Assembly (NCBI GenBank): GCA_015657675.1
Contig: JACDQI010000107.1
Span: 2,706-66,705, forward strand
Reading direction: 5' to 3'
DNA: 64,000 bases
Source: Devosia sp.
GTDB lineage: Bacteria > Pseudomonadota > Alphaproteobacteria > Rhizobiales > Devosiaceae
Below the pieces are notes generated by a model. It had not been told where the DNA came from. It searched no databases and saw only the letters and a program-made list of their open reading frames with translations. The position numbers were made by a program, and so were the translations under genes. Of this stretch, positions 10,915-20,858 are shown piece by piece (within the stretch, counting starts at the first letter, position 1; each line of letters starts with the position of its first letter).

Positions 10915-12184
10915 CGCTGTCGCATCCTCGCCGCTCCATTCGGCGCACAAGCCCGATCCGCTGCGCCAGCTCGGCATCATGTCGCTCAACGGCATGTTCG
11001 ACGAGATGGACGGTGTGGCCGTGCTCAAGCAGGCCAAGGAAATCCTGCCGGACGATCTTGCGATCGTCTCTTCGTTCGGCGCCGATTCCGCGGTGCTGCT
11101 GCACATGGTGGCGCAGGTCGACGTGGCGCTGCCGGTCTACTTCCTCGAGACAGGCAAGCATTTCGCCGAGACGCTCACCTATGTCGAGACACTGAAGCAG
11201 CATCTGGGGCTGACCAACATCATCACCCTGGTGCCCGATCCCAAGGATCTGGCGCGGTTCGACCCAAATGGCGACCTGTGGGAAAACGATCCGGATTCCT
11301 GCTGCCATATCCGCAAGACCGAGCCGCTCGATGCCGCCATGGAGGGCTATGGCGGCTGGGTGACTGGCCGCAAGCGCTACCAGACCAAGGAACGTGGCGT
11401 GCTGCCGCATTTTGAACTGACCAGCGATGACCGCATCAAGGTCAATCCGCTGGCCTACTTCTCCGACGTCGAGGTGAACGCCTACAAACTTAAGCACGGG
11501 TTGCCCGAGCACCCGCTGTTCGCTAAGGGCTACAAATCCATTGGATGCGCACCCTGCACGACCATCGTGGCCGAGGGTGAGGACCCGCGCGCCGGTCGGT
11601 GGCGGGGCCTCAACAAGAAAGAGTGCGGCATCCATTTCGACTTCAACGGAGCAATCGCCAAGCCGATGGCCGCAGAAGACCTGACCCTGTTCAAGGACGG
11701 CGCCTTCATCGCCGATCCCTTCCGCGTCTGGACCGAGGGCGATGACCCGGCCAGCGTGCGCTACACCCACATCCCGGTGACGGTGTTTCTCGCCAACCGC
11801 GACGCCGTGCTGGCCAATCCGCATCCCGTGGGACTCTTGGTGTCTCCAGGTGACCGGGTCGAGGACGTGGAAAAGGACCTGGGGCGCTTTGCCTCGGTAG
11901 CCATCAACTTCCCCGGCTTTACCGATGGGCGCGGCTATTCGAGCGCCCGCATGATCGTCGAGCGCTATGGCTACAAGGGCGAAGTGCGGGCAGTGGGCGA
12001 TGTGCTCGCCGACCAGATCCCGCTGATGCGCCGTTGCGGCATCGAGGCGTTCGTCGTCAAGCACGAGCCGACCCGCAAGGCGCTGGAAGCCGGCGCCCTG
12101 GCGACAGTCGACGTCTTCTACCAGCCGGTGGGCAAGACCGAAGTCCCTCTCGGTACCCGCCCGTTCCTGCGCCGGGCGGTGTAA
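10901..12184 (+). CDS. cysH: (P)APS reductase fused to a C-terminal DUF934 domain
   Basis: SSFGADS, CCHIRK, GYKSIGCAPC, RAGRW, ECGIH, then FPGFTDGRGYSSAR...RAVGDVLADQ (DUF934) in one continuous frame. Confidence 0.92.
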   Translation: MATVSAVASSPLHSAHKPDPLRQLGIMSLNGMFDEMDGVAVLKQAKEILPDDLAIVSSFGADSAVLLHMVAQVDVALPVYFLETGKHFAETLTYVETLKQHLGLTNIITLVPDPKDLARFDPNGDLWENDPDSCCHIRKTEPLDAAMEGYGGWVTGRKRYQTKERGVLPHFELTSDDRIKVNPLAYFSDVEVNAYKLKHGLPEHPLFAKGYKSIGCAPCTTIVAEGEDPRAGRWRGLNKKECGIHFDFNGAIAKPMAAEDLTLFKDGAFIADPFRVWTEGDDPASVRYTHIPVTVFLANRDAVLANPHPVGLLVSPGDRVEDVEKDLGRFASVAINFPGFTDGRGYSSARMIVERYGYKGEVRAVGDVLADQIPLMRRCGIEAFVVKHEPTRKALEAGALATVDVFYQPVGKTEVPLGTRPFLRRAV

Positions 12185-12201
12185 ACTTTCAGCTAGCCCG
12201 A

Positions 12202-12280
12202 TGTCATCCCTGCGAAAGCAGGGATCCATATCGCCGGCAGCACAAGTGGTTGAATGGATCCCTGCTTCGCAGGGATGACA
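12202..12280. repeat. REP/RIME-like palindromic element (second family)
   Basis: tgtcatccctgcgaaagcagggatccat ... atggatccctgcttcgcagggatgaca. Confidence 0.88.
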
Positions 12281-12292
12281 GCCAGAGATTGA

Positions 12293-13351
<1,059 letters not shown>

Positions 13352-13450
13352 GGCCGCGCCGAGGCGGTGCCCGCCCGGTCGCGGCGGGCATGACACCGGA
13401 GACGTTTTCGAGTATCTGGCTCCCACTGGGAGCGCCGGGGCCTGTCATTT

Positions 13451-13771
13451 ATGAAAATCCACGTCACCGATCAGGATGGTCAGGAGCACGAGCTCGAGGG
13501 GCTCGATGGCTGGCGGACCATGGAAGTGATCCGCGACTGGGGTCTCAACATCAAGGCCGAGTGCGGCGGCGCCTGCTCGTGCGCCACCTGCCACGTCTAT
13601 GTCGACCAGGAATGGTTCGACAAGCTGCCACCGCCCAGCGATGACGAGGAAGACCTCCTCTATTCGACGCTCGACAAGAAGCCCAACTCGCGGCTGAGCT
13701 GCCAGATCCTCCTCAATGAAGATCTCGACGGCATGCGGGTGACGCTGGCCAAGAGCGCCGCCAAGGACTGA
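13451..13771 (+). CDS. 2Fe-2S ferredoxin (adrenodoxin type)
   Basis: CGGACSCATCH...SRLSCQI. Confidence 0.95.
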   Translation: MKIHVTDQDGQEHELEGLDGWRTMEVIRDWGLNIKAECGGACSCATCHVYVDQEWFDKLPPPSDDEEDLLYSTLDKKPNSRLSCQILLNEDLDGMRVTLAKSAAKD

Positions 13772-13858
13772 TCGGGTCGTCAGACAGCGTTCAGGAAGCG
13801 TTCATCTTCAGGGCCATAGAGGGGCGGCCTTCTCGCGGGGGGCTGCGAGGACCCCCCA

Positions 13859-14406
13859 ATGGACTTTTATTCGATCTTCAAGTTTCTCCACGTTCTAACC
13901 GCCATCGCCTGGGTTGGCGGCGGGCTCACCCTTTTGCCCACTCGATCATTGGAGTGCGCGCCAAGGGCGACGCCGAGCTGCTCAAGACCTTGGATATGAT
14001 GAACTTTCTGGGCAAGACCTGGTTCGTTCCGACCTCCATGCTGACGCTGGTTTTCGGCGCCATCACCACCACGCTGGGTGGTCTCTGGCTCGAACTCTGG
14101 GTCATCATCGGGCTGGCCGGCTTTGCCTCGACCTTCCTCACGGGCCTGCTGCTGATCGAGCCCACGGGCCGCCGGATCGGCGAATTTCTGCAGGCAGGTC
14201 AGGTAGATAAGGGCATCGAAGTGGGCAAGGATCTGATCCGCATCGGCAAGTTCGACTATGTCGTGATGCTGGTCGTGGTCGCCGACATGGTGCTCAAGCC
14301 GAGCTTCGCCGACCTCTGGATGCTGGCGATTTTTGCCGTGGCGATTGCAGCCGCCGCCTACTTCTTCCTCTTCGGCGGCAAACTGCAGCAGGCAGCAACA
14401 GCCTGA
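13859..14406 (+). CDS. DUF2269-like membrane protein (frameshift near 13933)
   Basis: ATG 13859 gives MDFYSIFKFLHVLTAIAWVGGG; one extra T joins it to the 13954-14406 ORF, which contains MVLKP. Confidence 0.8.
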
Positions 14407-14407
14407 T

Positions 14408-15427
14408 CTACTTGCCTTTTTCGGCATCCAGCACATTGGCCAGTTCCGGGATGAAATCCTTCACCCGGGGCTGGCGCTGCGTCTCAAAGGGCAGGGGCCG
14501 CACCACCCGCATCGCGGCGATGCCGACCCGCACGGTCATCAGCCCGTTGACGATACCTTCGCCCAGCCGCGCCGAAAGCTTTGCCGCAAGTCCTTGACCC
14601 ACCAGCTGTTCCATCACCCCATCGGTCAGTACGAGGCCGCCGGTAACGGCCAGATGGGTGAGGATGGCGCCCAGCAGCCGCCAGGTGCCGAAAAGACCCG
14701 GCCGCGCGCCATAGAGCCGGGCGATCTGGCCGCCTAGCCGCACGCTCTCGAACACCACAAAAGCGATGTCCACCAATGCTCTAGGCGAGACAGTGGTCAC
14801 CAATGCCACCCGCCGCGCCGATGCCGCCGTCAGTGCTCTGGCCCGCGCATCCACGGGCGCAAGCAGGGTCCGCTCGGCAAAGCGCACCATTTCGCCGCCA
14901 TCGAACATCTCGCCGGATTTCGAGAGTGCATCGCGAGCTCGCGCGAGGTCAGCCCGCGCATCGTAAATCTCGTGCAATTCCCGAATGATCGCCTTGCCCT
15001 CGGCCACCTTGTCGCTGACCAGCACCGCGGCGGCGCGCTCGCGCAGGCGATCGAGGGTGCGCAGCCGCGAGAGCGCCAGCCACTCGCGCAGCAACAGCGC
15101 GATCAGTGCGGCGACGAACACCATCAGAACCGCAACGCCGACCCATCCCAGCCAAGGATTGGTGGCAAAGAGGTCGGCAATCAGCCGCTCCGCCGCCAGC
15201 CCAAGGGCCAGTGAAATCAATGCACTGGCGGTGGTCCAGAGGATGCGCCCAAGCCAACCCATTGGCCGTGGCGGCGGTGCCGCCAGCGTCTCGTCGTCGG
15301 TGGCCAGGGTAATGGCCTCGATCGCTTCGTCATCGGCAAGTGCGGGTGCGTTGAAGGCGCGGGGCGGGCGCGTGTCAGGCGTTACGTCGGTCGAACTGCT
15401 CAACGTGCGGGCGAGGGGGCGCTTCAT
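14408..15427 (-). CDS. ycjF: YcjF family membrane protein (TIGR01620)
   Basis: VSPRALVD, LYGARPG, KLSARLGEGIVNGLMTVRVG; coupled to ycjX. Confidence 0.92.
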   Translation of the reverse strand: MKRPLARTLSSSTDVTPDTRPPRAFNAPALADDEAIEAITLATDDETLAAPPPRPMGWLGRILWTTASALISLALGLAAERLIADLFATNPWLGWVGVAVLMVFVAALIALLLREWLALSRLRTLDRLRERAAAVLVSDKVAEGKAIIRELHEIYDARADLARARDALSKSGEMFDGGEMVRFAERTLLAPVDARARALTAASARRVALVTTVSPRALVDIAFVVFESVRLGGQIARLYGARPGLFGTWRLLGAILTHLAVTGGLVLTDGVMEQLVGQGLAAKLSARLGEGIVNGLMTVRVGIAAMRVVRPLPFETQRQPRVKDFIPELANVLDAEKGK

Positions 15428-16866
15428 TTCAGCCGATCTCCGAGCAGGTACTCGAGCGCGGTGTCGAGCCGGATATGGGGCAGGATCGGTGCGCCCTCGG
15501 CGGTCTTGCGCAGCTTGTCCGGTGGATTGAAGCGCAGGAAGTTGAGCTCGGCCGGTACTTCAAGCAGTGAATCCGCATTCTCGGGCAAGTCCCCGGGAAA
15601 GAGGGCGATTTCGGTCTTGCCATCGTAGCTCGTGCCATCGAGTACCTCGCCCTGTTCCGGCGTGCCGACGATCACGGCCAGTTTCTCTCCCGCCTCCTCG
15701 ATAACGCTCTCGCGGGTTGCGCGCACCGAGGCGATAGCCAGTGAACGCGTTTCTGCTCCGGCAAACTTTGCCCGTCGTGCGGCATTGGCGACCAGTCGCG
15801 ACAACACGGCTTCCAGCCGGCCGTGCGAGGACTGGTGGATATGGTCGGCTTTGGTAGCGGCAAACAGGATCTTGTCGATCCGCCGCGCAACGAGCCGGGT
15901 CAGCGGATTGCCATCGCCTGCGCGGAAGCAGGCAAGGATCTCGGTCAGTGCCGTCTCGAGGTCGGCAACGGCCGCCGGACCGGCATTGAGGGCCCGCAGC
16001 GGGTCGACCAGCACGATCTGGCGATCCAGCCGGGCAAAGTGGTCGCGGAAGAACGGCCGCACCACGATGGCCTTGTAGGCCTCGTAGCGCCGCTCCAGCA
16101 TGGCATAGAGGCTCTGGTTGCGGACTTGGCCTTCGATCGGCTCCAGCGGGGCAAAGGTGAGGGCAGGCGAGCCTTCCAGGTCACCAGGCATCAGGAAGCG
16201 TCCAGGGGGCAGGGTGGAGAAGGCGGTGCCATCTGCCCGGCTGGCCTGCAGATAAGCCGTGAAGGTCTTTGCCAGCCGGTCAGCTTCAGCCTCGGTGGCA
16301 TCTGCCAGCGGATTGGTCTCAGCCAGAGCAGCCAGATACTCCGCAGATGGTGCCTCGGGTCGGCGGGCCCGCTCGAGGCTCGCGGCGCTCCATTCGGCGA
16401 AGGACTGGCTGAGCAGCGGCAGGTCGAGCAGCCACTCGCCCGGATAGTCGACGATGTCGAGATTGAGCGTCGACGTGCCCGCCAGCCCGGCCATCCAGCG
16501 CCGCGACTGGTACTTCAAGGTCAGCCGCAGCTGGCTGATCCGCCGGGTACTTTCCGGCCAATGCGGGGCCTTGCCCGTCAACGCCCGCAGGTGGTCGTCA
16601 TAGGCAAAGCGTGGGATCGACGCATCCAGCGACTCGGCGATGCGGGCGCCGATGAAGCGGCCTTCGCTCAGCGCTGAAAAGCCGGGCAGCTGGCCGCCGG
16701 TGAGCAGGTTGTGCACCAGCGCGGTGATGAAGATGGTCTTGCCCGAGCGGCTCAGCCCGGTGACGCCCAGCCGCAACGTCGGGGTGAACGGGGAGGTCGC
16801 CGCATCGGCGAGATTCCCCAGGGCAATGCCGATCTCGTCGGTGAGCGTAGTCGGCGGTCTGGGCAC
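15424..16866 (-). CDS. ycjX: YcjX family P-loop GTPase
   Basis: LGVTGLSRSGKT, DYPGEWLLDL, ATKADH, PHIRLD. Confidence 0.94.
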   Translation of the reverse strand: MPRPPTTLTDEIGIALGNLADAATSPFTPTLRLGVTGLSRSGKTIFITALVHNLLTGGQLPGFSALSEGRFIGARIAESLDASIPRFAYDDHLRALTGKAPHWPESTRRISQLRLTLKYQSRRWMAGLAGTSTLNLDIVDYPGEWLLDLPLLSQSFAEWSAASLERARRPEAPSAEYLAALAETNPLADATEAEADRLAKTFTAYLQASRADGTAFSTLPPGRFLMPGDLEGSPALTFAPLEPIEGQVRNQSLYAMLERRYEAYKAIVVRPFFRDHFARLDRQIVLVDPLRALNAGPAAVADLETALTEILACFRAGDGNPLTRLVARRIDKILFAATKADHIHQSSHGRLEAVLSRLVANAARRAKFAGAETRSLAIASVRATRESVIEEAGEKLAVIVGTPEQGEVLDGTSYDGKTEIALFPGDLPENADSLLEVPAELNFLRFNPPDKLRKTAEGAPILPHIRLDTALEYLLGDRLK

Positions 16867-16942
16867 GTGCGGCTCCCTTTGGCCTCATAGGTAGTGCGGC
16901 GCGGACCCGCGTCAAGCGCGGGCCCGCCTGAGGGAGGTTCGA

Positions 16943-17854
16943 TCAGCCGCCGATGTCCTCGAGCCGGAACGGCGTCGTCTGGTAGATCTCGTTGATCCAG
17001 TTCTGGAACAGCAGGTGGGCGTGGCTGCGCCAGCGGTTCTCCGGCTCGGCCGTCGGATCGCCATTAGGGAAGAGATTGCGGGGCAACTCCGGATTGAGCC
17101 CGGCTTTGACGTCCCGGTCATACTCGTCCGCCAGCGAGCGGTTGTCGTATTCGAGATGGTTGAGCATGTAGAGCGCCCGACGCTTCTTGTCGGCCAGCAT
17201 GCAGATGCCGATCTCGTCGTTGTCGATCAGGATCTCCAGATCCTTGTTCAGCGAGGTGCGGTCGATGTCGTTGTAGCGGCTCACCGGGATCATCGGGCTG
17301 TCGGAAAGCCCCCGCAGCGACGGCGCGCGCGGGTTGACGATCTTGTGGCGGAAGACGCCGAAGGCCTTCTTCTCCATCCGATAGCGCTTGACGCCGTGGA
17401 TGTGGTGCAGGGCAGCCTGGGCGCCCCAGCAGATAAACATGGTCTGGTGGACGTTGGTCTTGGTCCAGGCCATGATCTCGACCATTTCCTTCCAGTACTG
17501 GACCTCTTCGTACGGAATATGCGCGATCGGAGCGCCGGTGACGATGAAGCCGTCGAAGGTCTCCTGCTTGACCTCGTCCCAGGTCTTGTAGAACGTCTTG
17601 AGATAGTCTTCGGCGGTGTTCTTGGACTTGTGGTCCGTGATCCGCACCAGGGTCATATCGATCTGCAGCGGCGTTGCGCCGATCAGGCGGCTGAACTGGG
17701 TTTCGGTGCGTTCCTTGTTGGGCATCAGATTGAGCAGGCCGATGCGCAGCGGACGGATGTCCTGGCGCGCGGCGCGGCTGGAATCCATGACCACGACGCC
17801 CTCGGCTTCGAGTGTCTTTCTGGCGGGCAGGTCGTCTGGAATGCGAATGGGCAT
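16943..17854 (-). CDS. metA: Homoserine O-succinyl/acetyltransferase (MetA family)
   Basis: RQDIRPL, LNLMP, ICWGAQA, HLEY, WRSHAHLLF. Confidence 0.95.
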   Translation of the reverse strand: MPIRIPDDLPARKTLEAEGVVVMDSSRAARQDIRPLRIGLLNLMPNKERTETQFSRLIGATPLQIDMTLVRITDHKSKNTAEDYLKTFYKTWDEVKQETFDGFIVTGAPIAHIPYEEVQYWKEMVEIMAWTKTNVHQTMFICWGAQAALHHIHGVKRYRMEKKAFGVFRHKIVNPRAPSLRGLSDSPMIPVSRYNDIDRTSLNKDLEILIDNDEIGICMLADKKRRALYMLNHLEYDNRSLADEYDRDVKAGLNPELPRNLFPNGDPTAEPENRWRSHAHLLFQNWINEIYQTTPFRLEDIGG

Positions 17855-17912
17855 GAGCGCCTCTTAAGAGATGCATGAGCGAAAGCGGTGGAGCAATTAT
17901 GGGCCAGAGGCC

Positions 17913-18779
17913 CTAACGCATTCGGTTGCTGATCGCTTTTCCCATCAGAGCTACAAAATCGGTACCGTCGCGAACGGTTGCAAGGTCTACTGCGTCCACG
18001 GTGTAGCCGAAACGGTCGGCCAGGGCCTGGTAGCGCGGCAGGCGGTCGCGGAGCAGCGCTTCGAAGCCCCAGGCACCAAAGGCATCCGGGTCGACCTCGG
18101 AGTCGTCCGCCACACCGTTGATCGCCTTGAACTCCGTCCACTTCTGCACAAGGAACGGGGGCTGATAGTACATCGGCTTGGGGCTGGCCTTGAAGCGACG
18201 CACCAGCTCGTGCGCATCAGCCTCCGTGCCCCGAATGTAGAGCAAAGCCGAGTGCGCGGTGAGGGCCTTGATCACCGGGTCCTCGGGATTGGTGTGATCT
18301 ACCACCTCAATGAGCGAGCCGCCGGTATCGGCGATGAAATCGTCATAGCCGTAGAGGTCGTGGGCCCGAGAGATGAAGAGGCCTATTTCCTGCAGCGCGG
18401 CGATTTCGGCGACGCGGTGCTGCTCCTGCCGGCGCTGGTATTCGGCCAGCGGCAGGCCGCCCTTGGCGACGTTGCCGGGCCGCCCAAGGTAGGTCGAAAG
18501 CGGGTCGAGATTGGAGAACGTGATGTTGCTCTCGATCTTGATCGAGTCCGAGCGCAGCAGTTCGCGCAGGAACGGCACCTTCATGGCTTCGGCCTTGAAG
18601 TTGTCGACGATGAACTCACCCATGTGCCGGGTGCCGATGCGGTAGTCCACCGAGTAGTGGAACCAGTTTGACTTGCGGAGGATGGCGGCCAGCCGCGTCT
18701 TGCCGACGCCGGCCATGCCAAACACCGTTACCGCGTGGCGCGGCGCATTCGCGAACTCGTCAGCAGCAGCAAAGAGCAT
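17913..18779 (-). CDS. Uncharacterised P-loop ATPase/kinase-like protein
   Basis: GMAGVGKT Walker A, HYSVDYRIGT, DTGGS, PKPMYY. Confidence 0.85.
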   Translation of the reverse strand: MLFAAADEFANAPRHAVTVFGMAGVGKTRLAAILRKSNWFHYSVDYRIGTRHMGEFIVDNFKAEAMKVPFLRELLRSDSIKIESNITFSNLDPLSTYLGRPGNVAKGGLPLAEYQRRQEQHRVAEIAALQEIGLFISRAHDLYGYDDFIADTGGSLIEVVDHTNPEDPVIKALTAHSALLYIRGTEADAHELVRRFKASPKPMYYQPPFLVQKWTEFKAINGVADDSEVDPDAFGAWGFEALLRDRLPRYQALADRFGYTVDAVDLATVRDGTDFVALMGKAISNRMR

Positions 18780-18843
18780 TTTATCTCGCCCGATCCGGGA
18801 CTTGCGTTTAGCGGAACGGCGCAGGGCACACAAGCAAGCGGGG

Positions 18844-18858
18844 CGGCAGAATCTGCCG
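18844..18858. promoter_or_regulatory. ftr-type (FlbD) enhancer
   Basis: CGGCAGAATCTGCCG palindrome about 90 nt upstream of the sigma54 site. Confidence 0.7.
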
Positions 18859-18944
18859 GCCTACCCGGATTCTTCTGCCGCCCTTTCGCCGTCTTTAGGC
18901 GGATGTTTCTGGAAATCTTCAGCAATATCAATGACGTGAGAATC

Positions 18945-18960
18945 TGGCACGGCGCCTGCA
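18945..18960 (+). promoter_or_regulatory. Sigma54 -24/-12 promoter of flgE
   Basis: TGGCAC-GGCGC-CTGCA. Confidence 0.8.
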
Positions 18961-19017
18961 TCTCGTTTCCCGGAAAGGCGTGCGTTCACGCCACGAATGG
19001 GGTCCAAGGAGTAACGA

Positions 19018-20793
19018 ATGGGCATTTATGGTGCTATGTCTACTGCGGTGACGGGTCTGCGCGCCCAGTCATTCGCGCTCGAGAACATCTCGGGCAATAT
19101 TGCCAACAGCCAGACGACTGGCTTCAAACGTATCGATACGGACTTCAAGGACCTGATCCCGGACGCGCCGCAGAAGCGGCAGACGGCTGGCTCGGTGCTG
19201 GCGCAGTCGCGCTCGACCAACAATCTGCAGGGCGACGTCAAGAGCGCGTCGACCGAGACCTTCATGGCCATCAATGGCAGCGGCTTTTTCGTTGTCGAGC
19301 CGACCATTGGCCAGTCTGACGGTACGGCGCTGTTCTCCGGCGCAAACTACTACACGCGTCGCGGTGACTTCGAGATCAACAAGGGCGGCTATCTGGTCAA
19401 CGGCGCCGGCTACTATCTCAAAGGCCTGCCGATCGACCCGCAGACCCAGAATATCTCCGGCTCGGTGCCGCAGGTGCTGAAGATCTCGACGGCCTTCCTG
19501 CCGGCGCAGCAGACCACACGCATCGACTATCAGCTCAACCTGCCGCAGCTCCCGAAGACGCGCGCCTATGAAGACTCGCAGACCGCTGGCAGCGAACTGC
19601 TCAACGCGGCCGATTTCACCAATGTGACCCCGACCTTGGTGGCTGACACTGCCGCGACGGTCAGCGGCGCGACGACCACAGCCGGTGCCAACTCGACCAC
19701 GATCGCCAGCAACCTCGATACGCTGCAGATTCAGGTCGGCGCTGCCAACCGCACCTACGCTTTCACCAATGCCGGCGGCACCGCGGGTTTGAGCATCGAC
19801 CTCAACGCCACCACGACAGTTGGTGCGGTGCTGTCGCATATCCAAGCCGACCTGCTGGCCAATGGTGCGCCGGTTGGCACCACCGTGGCCCTCTCAGGCG
19901 GTGCCATCAGGATAACTGCAGGCAACATAACCTCCAGCATCACCGTCGTTGACAACACCACCGGCTCGACGGCGACGGGCTTCGACCTCGCCAACGCCAC
20001 GACGGCGCCAACCGTTTCGGCCTCGCAGCGGCTTTCCGCCCGCGTCACCAGCATCCCTGCCAACGAAAGCGACGAGTTCGTTCGTCAGTCGATCTCTGGT
20101 GGTGCCATCTCGGTCTACTCGGCGAACGGCGCGCCGGCCAACGTGCAGATGCGCTGGGCCAAGGTCAATTCGACCGCCAATGGCGGCGCCGAAGTCTGGA
20201 ACATGTTTGTTGCCACCAATGCCCAGGCCACCGGGACGCAGACGATGTGGACCCGGTATGGCGGCAACTACACCTTCGGCACCAACGGTTCGCCGAGCCC
20301 GGCCGTCGACCATACAGACATTGCCGGCCTTACCGTCAATGGCGTGGTCATCGGCGACGTGCGCCTGCAGCACGGCACGGGTGGCCTGACGCAGTTCGCC
20401 GATCCGAACGGCACAGCGGAAGTTGCTCTGGGCCAGAATGGCTATCCGGCGGGCAAGTACGTTTCGGTGGGCGTCAATGATGCGGGTCGTGTGGCGGTGT
20501 CCTACGACAATGGCGAGACCGTCGAAGTGGCACAGGTCGTCACTGCCAACTTCAACGCCGTCAACCAGCTCAAGCGTGAGGACGGCGGCGTGTATGCGGC
20601 GACGTCAGACTCGGGCGAGCCGGTGCTCGACAATGGTGGCGGCATTTCTGGCTCGTCGCTGGAATCGTCCAACACCGACATCTCCGAAGAGTTCACCAAG
20701 CTCATCGTGACGCAGCAGGCTTACGCGGCGGGGACGCGCATCGTGTCGACCGCCGACCAGATGCTGCAGGAAGCCCTGAACATGCTCCGGTAG
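19018..20793 (+). CDS. flgE: Flagellar hook protein
   Basis: NIANSQTTGFKR, YTRRGDF, LESSNTDISEEFTKLIVTQQAY. Confidence 0.93.
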   Translation: MGIYGAMSTAVTGLRAQSFALENISGNIANSQTTGFKRIDTDFKDLIPDAPQKRQTAGSVLAQSRSTNNLQGDVKSASTETFMAINGSGFFVVEPTIGQSDGTALFSGANYYTRRGDFEINKGGYLVNGAGYYLKGLPIDPQTQNISGSVPQVLKISTAFLPAQQTTRIDYQLNLPQLPKTRAYEDSQTAGSELLNAADFTNVTPTLVADTAATVSGATTTAGANSTTIASNLDTLQIQVGAANRTYAFTNAGGTAGLSIDLNATTTVGAVLSHIQADLLANGAPVGTTVALSGGAIRITAGNITSSITVVDNTTGSTATGFDLANATTAPTVSASQRLSARVTSIPANESDEFVRQSISGGAISVYSANGAPANVQMRWAKVNSTANGGAEVWNMFVATNAQATGTQTMWTRYGGNYTFGTNGSPSPAVDHTDIAGLTVNGVVIGDVRLQHGTGGLTQFADPNGTAEVALGQNGYPAGKYVSVGVNDAGRVAVSYDNGETVEVAQVVTANFNAVNQLKREDGGVYAATSDSGEPVLDNGGGISGSSLESSNTDISEEFTKLIVTQQAYAAGTRIVSTADQMLQEALNMLR

Positions 20794-20858
20794 TTCCGGA
20801 TCGCATTGGCCGGGCGCGCCTTGGTGCGCCTGGCCCGGTTGTCGCAAGGAGTGGTTGA

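Noticed and set aside
8010-12280. Palindromic repeats as CRISPR repeats or IS ends
   Set aside because: Single non-identical elements with no spacers, cas genes or transposase; ordinary alphaproteobacterial REP-like units.
16901-16927. GC hairpin between metA and ycjX
   Set aside because: No U-tract; cannot tell a terminator from promoter sequence.
17855-17912. SAM riboswitch upstream of metA
   Set aside because: Only 58 nt and no SAM-II or SAM/SAH consensus visible.
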